Of a stretch of DNA of 64,000 nt, positions 50,617 to 59,747 are shown one piece after another. The translations under genes and the position numbers were made by a program. The notes beneath the pieces were generated by a model. The model did no database searches. It had not been told where the DNA came from and saw only the letters and a program-made list of their open reading frames with translations. Origin of the DNA: Zancudomyces culisetae HAW-14-8 (taxonomy: Eukaryota; Fungi; Kickxellomycota); assembly GCA_052426225.1 (NCBI GenBank), contig JBNJNM010000007.1, positions 434,001 to 498,000 of the forward strand. The letters are read 5' to 3'. Positions within the stretch are counted from its first letter, which is position 1, and every line of letters starts with the position of its first letter.

Positions 50617-52377
50617 TTATTTAAATAAAACAGCCATTAGAGCGGCAACAGCACAGCCAAAAATTGGCCCATCCTTATGGAAGTTCAATTTGAGTTTGTC
50701 GGCAAGGGGTTTGCCCAACACTGAGTGCAAGTTTTCTAAAACCAGGTTGTCGAATCCTGGTAAATATTCATGAATGGGCTCATTAATGCTTACAGTATAA
50801 CACTCATGAGAGTCGAGAGCGTCCTTTTTAAAAAGAAGCGTTGTACTGATGATAATGGCATACAACTTTGCAGTCCGATGGATGACTATTAAACAAATAT
50901 TTCTTACAATTAGAATGTCTAGCGTGGTTACGTCTGGAATCTGTAAAATCTCTGTTACAACAGCAAACGTGTCTGTTAGGTAAGGCGAGTCATCTGACAA
51001 TATGAGTGCCATATATGCAGGATCAAATGAAAATCTTGAATTGAGGATTGCTGAGCTTCGCCCCCGAAAGATATACTGCCTATCAATAAAGTCAAGGAGT
51101 ATATTCCGAATTATTTCGCCCAGATATGACTCTGACAACATTACTTCTAGAGGACCACTTGTATATCCTGAATAAAGTCTGAGTGCTCTGTTATCATAAA
51201 ATGTGTTGACCAGTGTATCCAGCCTATTATCAAATGAATTCCACTCGACGTTAACAATAACATCTTCGTTACTGTTGCTATCCAGTTTTGGTATGTTGTA
51301 CACCTTTTCCCAGAAACAACTATTGATTGCAGCTCCGATAACTACACTGGCAAAAGAATCGGAATCCTGAATATTACTTGAAACTAGCTGTCCTACAGCA
51401 TCACTATTGCTCGAAATGATTTTTACATTCAGTTCGAGTGCATCCAAAGCGTTTTGAATGTTTTCAATAAAGCTGCCATCCACCACGCCAGGAATTAGGT
51501 TTTCAGCAAGATAATTTGGAGTAGTATCCTTGCTGTCGTCTCCCTCGTTCCTTGGAAGCGAAAACACAAAGCCACAGGGAATATATCCAAATCTGCTTTG
51601 AGGTTTTATTCCGAAACCATCTGTAAATAAATATACACAGTTTGCGATCCACCCAAACAAATGTTCACTTTTTGCCTCATTTGTTAGTCTATATCCTCTT
51701 TCAATCGTCGAATACTTGCCCTGATCAGGATCAGCCCCTTTTTGACCCGCTGAGATCTCGAACTGTGTTGAGTTAATAGGGGTGTTTTCTGATAAAAATG
51801 CAGTGAATCCTATTCTTAAAACGTTTTGGTCCAAAAACAGTGATAAACATGAAAGCCCACTTAACATATTCATATCCAGATTTTTCTCTACAAAACTCAG
51901 CGTTATTGGCATTGTCGCATTTTCACCAAGAAAAGGGCTGTCATCAAGAAATTTATCAAAGTTCACATTCAGTCCTAAATGTATGTTGTCATGAACCTTT
52001 GCAATTATCTTTTCAATTACATCATCAGAGAGTAAGAAATCCCTGGCAAGTAAATTCAATTTGGCATTTGTTTCTTTTGGTGCAGACGGTATGGTAAAGA
52101 CCGGGTCCTTGTTTAAGAATTTGCTCAATCCAATAGAGAGTGAGGATTTAGATTTATTTTTTTCGCCATGGGTTTCTTTTTGATTGATTGCACTCGGCTT
52201 ACCCTTGATGTCCGCTTCCCCCTTTTGCGTGGCTTTTACGCCTTTCTTCTTGTCCCAGGATGCATTCGTACTCCTTTCCTCAATATCATCGTTTTTACTC
52301 GTGGAGTCGACTATATTTTTGTACTGTCTTTCTCCTGTGTTTGTGGATTTCGAATCGCTTGAAGTATGGGTTTTCAT
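50617..52377 (-). CDS. Hexokinase-fold protein with degenerate catalytic motifs
   Basis: Hexokinase landmarks LFGWIANCV, GFVFSLP, VIVNVEWNSFD, LEVMLSESYLGEIIRNILLD, DGPIFGCAVAA; intact 586-aa ORF. Confidence 0.85.
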   Translation of the reverse strand: MKTHTSSDSKSTNTGERQYKNIVDSTSKNDDIEERSTNASWDKKKGVKATQKGEADIKGKPSAINQKETHGEKNKSKSSLSIGLSKFLNKDPVFTIPSAPKETNAKLNLLARDFLLSDDVIEKIIAKVHDNIHLGLNVNFDKFLDDSPFLGENATMPITLSFVEKNLDMNMLSGLSCLSLFLDQNVLRIGFTAFLSENTPINSTQFEISAGQKGADPDQGKYSTIERGYRLTNEAKSEHLFGWIANCVYLFTDGFGIKPQSRFGYIPCGFVFSLPRNEGDDSKDTTPNYLAENLIPGVVDGSFIENIQNALDALELNVKIISSNSDAVGQLVSSNIQDSDSFASVVIGAAINSCFWEKVYNIPKLDSNSNEDVIVNVEWNSFDNRLDTLVNTFYDNRALRLYSGYTSGPLEVMLSESYLGEIIRNILLDFIDRQYIFRGRSSAILNSRFSFDPAYMALILSDDSPYLTDTFAVVTEILQIPDVTTLDILIVRNICLIVIHRTAKLYAIIISTTLLFKKDALDSHECYTVSINEPIHEYLPGFDNLVLENLHSVLGKPLADKLKLNFHKDGPIFGCAVAALMAVLFK

Positions 52378-53010
52378 GGTCGATATTTGGTTATGTTATT
52401 TTGTAAGAACCGAGATTTAGATTTTCTTTTTTCTTTGCTGGCATTGGTATTTTACCCTTTCTGCAATCGTCCACCCTTTACCCGGCCCGTCTTTTGGTAA
52501 ATCGCAAATATGTTTGTACACTATAATGAAAACTGGATATAAAAGAATAAAGGATTAAAAAAGAAATCACGTTGGTTACTTTATATAAATAAAAGTGTAT
52601 CAGCTTTACTCATCAGAGAAGCCGTATTAGTAAAATCCTGTAATTCCAAAACACGTCCTCGACTTTACTCCTGAACGAAAATTTCTTCTTTGTGTTGTTG
52701 CTTTACCAGATGAATGAAAAAAAAAACTCGCTGAAAAAAATAGGTGCTGGAATATTGGTTACTGTGTTTAGAAGTGTAAGTTTCCAAGTGCAAGTCAAAC
52801 AGTTTGATCTTGCATCTTTTCAGCACATTTGTTCATTTTAATTAATTAGCATGTTGGTAAATTGTTGGTCATTATTTATTTTTAAAAAATAAATCAACAA
52901 AGATTAGAACAATTTGTTAGTTAGCACACCCATAAACAAAAGTGTACTCATACTTTGTTTAAAAAATAGTGAAGTTTACCATATTAGAGAAAAAAAGAAA
53001 ACAAAAGGGA

Positions 53011-53865
53011 CTATTTGTTCAGATCTAGGTTGACTTTGTACAGGAAATAATAGTGTCTTGTTATCTTTACTCTACTGCCTTCTTCAATGTACTTGTAAGC
53101 GAGGGATAGGGCGTTAAAGTTCGCAAGGGAAATGCTTGCAAGGACGTGCCACCAGGCATGAAGTTGTGGGTTAAAGGAAAAAATAGATGTCTGGCTCTGG
53201 CCATCAACATACTTGCAACCAAACGTGTCAATCATCCACAAAAAAGCGGCGAGGCCAAAGAATTTGACACCGTTCGGAAATAGATTTGCCACGTTTGTAC
53301 CAAAAACTCTAGTGCACCAGTTTCCCTTTATTTGATCCATTTTTTTTGCCTTTTCATCGACTCTATAAACGTCGCTGATGTCAGTATGTGCCAGATATAG
53401 AAATATTATCCCTGCTAGTTCAAACGAGCCAAACCAAAAATGAAATAAGAAAAATTGAGTTAGCCCAGACGTAAAAATAGCTGCACAAGTTGAAATGATA
53501 GCTGCACTTGCAATAAATATGTCCCAAAATACACTCTTTATTTTGAACCTGGTTTTGGCAAAATTGTAGACGGCGAATATAACCATCCACAACATTGGCA
53601 CTTCATCCAACATTTGCATCGAATGCTTGAGCGTGCCGTGGAATAATGTACTTCCGATCCCGATGATACAGATGATATTGTACATAAAGGCTATCCTCAC
53701 ATCGCTCTTCCCGTTTAGTTTGTATCCCAAAATTCCCACTACCACCATTGCAAACGAAGACAAGGTGTTGTAAAATTCGGCAATGTAGATCGTTTTTTCA
53801 TAGTTGTTTTCACACCAATCTACTGAGGAGGTAACTTCACCCCAATATCCACTCATTGGTGCCAT
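53011..53865 (-). CDS. Alkaline ceramidase (ACER3/Ypc1/Ydc1 family)
   Basis: GYWGEVTSSVDWCENNY, AEFYNTLSS, GSTLFHGTL, MLDEVPM, LHAWWHVL. Confidence 0.95.
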   Translation of the reverse strand: MAPMSGYWGEVTSSVDWCENNYEKTIYIAEFYNTLSSFAMVVVGILGYKLNGKSDVRIAFMYNIICIIGIGSTLFHGTLKHSMQMLDEVPMLWMVIFAVYNFAKTRFKIKSVFWDIFIASAAIISTCAAIFTSGLTQFFLFHFWFGSFELAGIIFLYLAHTDISDVYRVDEKAKKMDQIKGNWCTRVFGTNVANLFPNGVKFFGLAAFLWMIDTFGCKYVDGQSQTSIFSFNPQLHAWWHVLASISLANFNALSLAYKYIEEGSRVKITRHYYFLYKVNLDLNK

Positions 53866-54483
53866 TTTTCTCGAAGCTCCTTTCAATATATCAAAATATG
53901 GATTCTGGATTGCTACAATACCTATAAATAGATTATATTTCAACAGGGATAATTTGAAAGCTAGTGAATTAGCGCATCATGTAATTTCTAGCGCTTTTTT
54001 CCGTAAAAAAACGAAAATAATGTGTTATCATGTGTAACATCTGTTATGTCACGGTTTTATAGCAAATATAATGATCACCATAAAAAAAATTTTTTTAAAG
54101 GTGGATTACTAATGGCAAATACTTATTTGTTTGTAGAGAAAGTAATGATTTTGGTTTCAAATTTCTCCAATTTGTTTATCCTCAAAAAGAACCTAACAAT
54201 CTTAAGGGTCAAGCAGATTCACCCCCCCCCCCTCCACCAATCTATTGGTTTTTCCGTCACTATTTATTTTTACATGTCATTATATTGAATTTTAACAGTA
54301 ATAACAAAAAAAACCAAACACTAGTAAATAAGATGGATCTATTGTAGAAGCAATGCTGTAACATTGTAGTATGCGATCTATAACATTACTATTAAAAGTA
54401 AGAGTAAAATCAATTTGAATGAAAATAAATGAAAGCCAAAATAAATTTAAAAAACGTGGTTATGTTACAAAGCTGATTGGACG

Positions 54484-56011
54484 CTATTGCTCTTCTACGC
54501 TCAATATTCTTTTTGCCTTTTCGTACATTCCCAAGAAGATCCAGCCCCCCAAACTGATCCATATAACTCTAGGCCCAACGCCCTTAAACAGGGCTTGCCA
54601 TCCTTCCTTTTTAACTATCAACTTTAATGATTTTACAACTCCGCTGTACTCCAAGCTCTCGTTAGGCAGCTATATTTTTAAAAAATATATAGCAGGTTAG
54701 TTTGTATCATATAAATATTGAATACAAAGTATAAACTGAGCAAGTATGACGCTGCTTTAATTGATGATACAAACAGACCTTTGATGATAGTATAATCCTG
54801 GTTTTAACCACATCCAGCGGTGTGGTTACCGCAGCAGCAACACCTCCTGCGATTGATCCAGAAACGCCTGCTTCCCAAGGCTCCACTTCTCTTTTCTTAT
54901 ACCCCTTTATCGAATTCTATATATTGTGATTGTGATTATAATTGTGATTGTGATTTTTATTTATTGTGTTTATAGGCCTTAATCTTCTTTCTGCAATTTT
55001 AAGGAAAAAAAATAAAAGCAAGAGTAAACGGTTATTTAATTTACCTTTATATATTCGTAAAGAGGGAACTGTATACACGCAAAAGGAATCTAATAGTTTA
55101 ATACTCGAGTCAATAAATGTATACAGGGCAAAAGCGCAATTAAAACATACCTCGCGGAAAACAGTTGTTGAATAACCTCTGAAAAATCCCAAGACCCCAT
55201 CAGTCCAGTATATGCTTGAAACAGCCCTTATAAATGAGCCATATTGACCTATTTGCATCCTCTGTTTGACGACCTCAGTAGGTACCCGAACTAAGCACGC
55301 ACTCTATTATTTTTTGTAAAGGCAACACTGAGTTTAACTGTATAAACAGACAGAGAAGTAACATTGTCCATTTTATTAAATATGCATTTCCATATCTACC
55401 GACATAAAAACATTTTCCGGATATGAAGAGCAGCGTACAAAAAAAACAACTTACGATTTCTCCAGCAGAAGCGGATACCATATGAACTACTGGTGCGTAC
55501 TGGGGACGTGACTGATCCCCCAACACAGCCTTGGCATATTCGTAACTCAAAAAGAATAATGATGCTATTTTTTTTTTGCATTCGAAAATACAGCATTTAT
55601 AATATATACGGGTCAAATATGAAAATAGATTTCAACATTCCAACAAGCATAGTAAACTATAAAAAAAAGAGAGAGAGAAGTAGGGAGTAAATACCTGAAG
55701 GGGCAGAGCCTATCACCGCTGAGGATAATCCAGAGTATATACCTCTGAAGCCACCGCTTGCCTTAAATCCAAGTGTACTTTGCAAACGTGTTTTTATGGT
55801 GTCTAAAGGAAACAATACCGTGTCGACAGCCGTTCCCGCTATTCCACCAGCCTATCATTATCAACGAATATTGAATGCTTTTCTTATTCAAATGATCATC
55901 ATTGATATAAACTCGAGCGCAATTTTAAATTAACATTTTACTTACCACCAAGCATTGAAACATTGAGTTTTGCTTTTTTGGCACGACTGAAGGGGAAATT
56001 GATTCAGCCAT
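54484..56011 (-). CDS. PET8: Mitochondrial S-adenosylmethionine carrier (Pet8/Sam5/SLC25A26), 7 exons
   Basis: Three carrier signatures [32 protein letters not shown]; [35 protein letters not shown]. Confidence 0.93.
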
Positions 56012-57867
56012 TTTTTCTTTGAGAGTTTATGAGAGAGTAAGTTCGGAACCCTGGAATTAAAAAATGATTTTAAATCTTTTTCCAGGGAAATGTAAGTCCT
56101 ATACAATATGTGTGAAAATTTCGATGTCGAGAGTTCAAAACTAGGTGATTGTATATCAACCAAAAGAGTATTTAGAGGATTCTGTATTTATTTTTTTTGA
56201 AAAGACATTGTGGTGATCAAAATGCCTAGTTATCTCGAATCTTCACCCAATTGATCATAGCTCGGCTTTATTGGTTCGCATGAAATAAACGATTTGTGAG
56301 CAATTAAACCTGGAATAGGCAATAAAAAGTTTTTTTCTTTTCGCCAGCAATTCTAGCACAATCGCAATGCAAACAAACCAGATTCTAGTACGCTAATACC
56401 TAATGGCCATTCAAAGCAGAAAAGTTTGCTTCTCTGTTTAATGAATCCTCGAGCGGTACTACGTTTAATGAAATAGTTTTGTTACATGTCTATCTTGGCG
56501 TACCATTATTATTTATGTGATTACCACTGTAGTAATAAAAATTATTGCTGCTATTCTCAAACCGAAGGAGAGTTGTTTTCCAAGAAGTACATTTTTGAAC
56601 CCGATTTACAAAGAAATATAAAATTGGTCGTAATTTATCTGTGTTTGTTATAGGCCTTTGATAGTAGGCGTGAACAATGTACTTGCGCAGATCAAATTAA
56701 TTTGTGGATGATATTTACTAACAATAATATACTGAAAAATGCGTTTTATAAAATATAAATTATGGAAACGAATAACACTTTAAAGGTTTAAACGGACTAG
56801 AATTCATAAAACAGTTTATTGTGGTATACGATATGTGTCTTCATTTTTCTATAAATGCTAGTCAGTTTAAAATATGTATATACTTAACTGAAAAAAAAGA
56901 TATGAGAATGAAAAGTGTAAAATGAAAAATGAAAAATGAATTATATACCAACTTTAAACTACAAACTTAACTCAAACTTTTACAAGTATCCACTCGACAT
57001 AAAACCAACAACTGATATAAATATAAATCTACTTTGGTAATCAGATGTGAACGTTATTTATTTTATATTTATCCAATCTTGCTGTATTCAGAGAAAGGAA
57101 AAAGGAGTAACCAAATAAACACCAAGACCAACACATAAGTGTAAAACTACAACTGCAAGTAATACAAAAATACCATCAACATACATACTTCTTTGTCTTT
57201 TTTGATGCACACACTCTAGAATTGTGGATTTTAACTGCTTTTATAAAACTTTTGAAAGTATGCATATTACTGAGTGCTCTGAATATTTGCTAAAACAACT
57301 AGTATAGTCGGAAATATAGATTCGAGCTAGCAATTTAAGTAGCAAAAATAAAAGATCACTACAATCAAAGTATGTAAAATACTTTTGCTAGATAGTCTAA
57401 AAAAACCTTCTTTACTATGTCTAGATACAGGAGTGAAAAAAAGGGCATAAAATACAAGCTTTGTTATATAAACCACGAGTAATTCTAAACTTAATAAAAC
57501 ATGAATACTGAGTGTTATTAATAAAAAATAAAAAATGATATAGAATCAAGTGTCGATCAATTTTAAAATATAAATATCATCACGTTAAAACTACTTATAT
57601 CATGATATATATAGGATATTCACAAAGTGAATTTACAGAAAATAGCCAAAAGGCACACGAGTACAATTATGCATGGACATTTTGATTAAAGGTAATAAGG
57701 ATTAAAAAAAAAGTAACTTGTATAGAAAATAGTTCTAAATAGCCAATATTGTAAGCAATAGGCTAGAACATGGCAAAATCATTTCAAAAACACAACAACT
57801 ATGTCAGAATTTTTGTTAAGTATTGCATGACCCTATATATCATATTAAAAACAAAAAATTTCAGCGA

Positions 57868-57938
57868 GCGTAGATGGTTTAGTGGTATAATTGCCGCCTG
57901 CCACGCGGCAGACCCGGGTTCGATTCCCGGTCTACGCA
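57868..57938 (+). tRNA. tRNA-Gly (GCC)
   Basis: Acceptor stem GCGTAGA/TCTACGC-A, anticodon arm GCCGC-CTGCCAC-GCGGC, T arm CCGGG-TTCGATT-CCCGG. Confidence 0.97.
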
Positions 57939-57943
57939 TTCGT

Positions 57944-58024
57944 GGGGTGTTGGCGCAATTGGTAGCGCGTCCGTCTCCAATTCGGGATAGCGGAAGGTTA
58001 AGTGTTCGAGTCACTTACGTCCCA
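57944..58024 (+). tRNA. tRNA-Trp (CCA) with 8-nt intron (57981-57988)
   Basis: Acceptor stem GGGGTGT/ACGTCCC-A, D arm GCGC/GCGC, anticodon stem TCCGT/GCGGA with CCA at 57977-57979, intron TTCGGGAT after position 37, T arm AAGTG-TTCGAGT-CACTT. Confidence 0.92.
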
Positions 58025-58028
58025 TAAC

Positions 58029-58035
58029 TTTTTTT
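58029..58035 (+). terminator. RNA polymerase III oligo(dT) terminator
   Basis: T7 run 4 nt after tRNA-Trp; no T run between the two tRNAs. Confidence 0.85.
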
Positions 58036-58230
58036 GTTTTTTGATTTGTAATCAAGTTTTTAGTGGCTGGTTTATTTACATGTTGGTTGGCTATTCAAGC
58101 TCATGCTATTATTATTGTTACAATTTTAGATATTTTCTCACTATTCGTCTTTCAAATGCCTTTATTCTATTTGGCGGTTAGCATAAATCAGCACTTCCCC
58201 TCTTTTTGTCGGAAATACAAGAATTTGTAT

Positions 58231-58994
58231 ATGGAAATGTCAGCCAGAAACAAAAGCGTAATAAATCTTTTCAACTGTATCTATACTAAAGGAAACTCTG
58301 TTCTAGCAAAAGCTCCATATTTGTGCACTACACGTAACTTTACAAATAGCTTGAGTATTAAAGATAAAATGACGGATAAAACCCCCAAAAGCGAAGAGGA
58401 ATGGAGGGCGATTTTGAGCCCAGAGGCATTTGCCGTCTTGAGAAAAAAGGGAACTGAGAGCGACCATTTGTTGGAAAGTATACCGACAACTTTCAAGAAG
58501 GTAACGAATGTCGAACTATATTACTAGTATATCTACATTAAATTATATACATAAAAGAAGTATGAGAAGATACATGTATGTGTGGATTCGAGTATGTTGC
58601 TGTAACGCTAACATTTTAATGCGGTGTACATTATTTCATGATTGGCAATTAAACAAATCTCTTGAGTTTTATTTATTCCTGCGTATACAAGATTCTGGTA
58701 TGCTAACCTATTTTTCAAAACACAATAGGCACTTACAATTGTGCAGGGTGTAATGCTCCGCTATACAAGTCCACCACTAAATTCAAAACACATTGCGGCT
58801 GGCCCAGTTTCTACGAGGCAATACCAGGTGCTATAAAACGAATTTCAGATAATTCATTAGGAATGTCCAGAACGGAAATTGTCTGCTCAAACTGTGATGG
58901 ACACTTAGGCCATGTATTCAAGGGCGAGGGGTATAAGGTCCCTACAGACGAGAGGCATTGTGTGAACAGTATTAGCTTGAAGTTTGAGAATTGA
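58231..58994 (+). CDS. MXR2: Peptide methionine-R-sulfoxide reductase MsrB (Zn-binding, Cys-type), 2 exons, frame broken at about 58459-58460
   Basis: EEEWRAILSPEAFAVLRKKGTE / RPFVGKY..., intron 58501-58728, CAGC, CGWPSF, RTEIVCSNCDGHLGHVFKGEG, RHCVNS. Needs removal of 2 nt to read through. Confidence 0.88.
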
Positions 58995-59747
58995 GCTTTT
59001 TTTTTTGTGAGTAGTGGATTAGTGTCGTTTATTTTATGTTGGTGTTATTTATTTTGTCAATAAAATTGTACTCTTTGCAATACTGCTGTAAACCAGCGCT
59101 TCAACTGTGCTTGTTTTATGTAGTTTATTTCTTTCTATCTAACGTCAGTGCCCATTAAATAGTTAACTTGGTTTACAGTATTCAAGCTAACACATGAGAA
59201 AAAGGGTAGTACATGGTAAAAACTTACTTAAAAGCAAAGACTTTAAGAATTTTAGAAGGGGGTCAGTTCCCTGGTAGATCCTGGGATTATCAATGTTTCG
59301 ACTTGCAATCACAAGGAAGTGCACCTGCGAATTATACCATTTAAAGTGTTGTAACAAAAAAAAAAATTTTTTTTCTTGCTAGAGAAGCGTGCAAAATCAA
59401 ATCTCTATGCCCAATCTGTTTCGCTTAATCAGCAGAAACAGCTGTCGATGCCTTTAATGAATAAAAAATAATTAGTTGAACAAAGGACTATTCAAGTAAG
59501 GATAGCAATAAAGAGTGCTACAGAGAAACAAAGAAAAGGACTCTGTGGAAACTTATCCACTGTGGGACCCAATTGACTATTATTTTGATACTTGATCCAT
59601 ACAACCTTTGTCAATAAATAAATAAATATACAAAATTTCAACACCCAAGTACCAACATGTCAAGTCAACTTTAATTGCAAATTTAGAATAGGAAATTAAT
59701 GTAAAACAGAAGAAAAAAAGAGTTAAATTTCGAAATATTGCATAAAT

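Noticed and set aside
57770-58027. 85-aa and 71-aa ORFs
   Set aside because: They overlap the two tRNA genes and are spurious.
24811-58994. Selenoprotein candidates (glutaredoxin-like, MsrB), since some early-diverging fungi use Sec
   Set aside because: Redox positions are encoded by TGT/TGC Cys; no in-frame TGA at a catalytic site and no tRNA-Sec seen.
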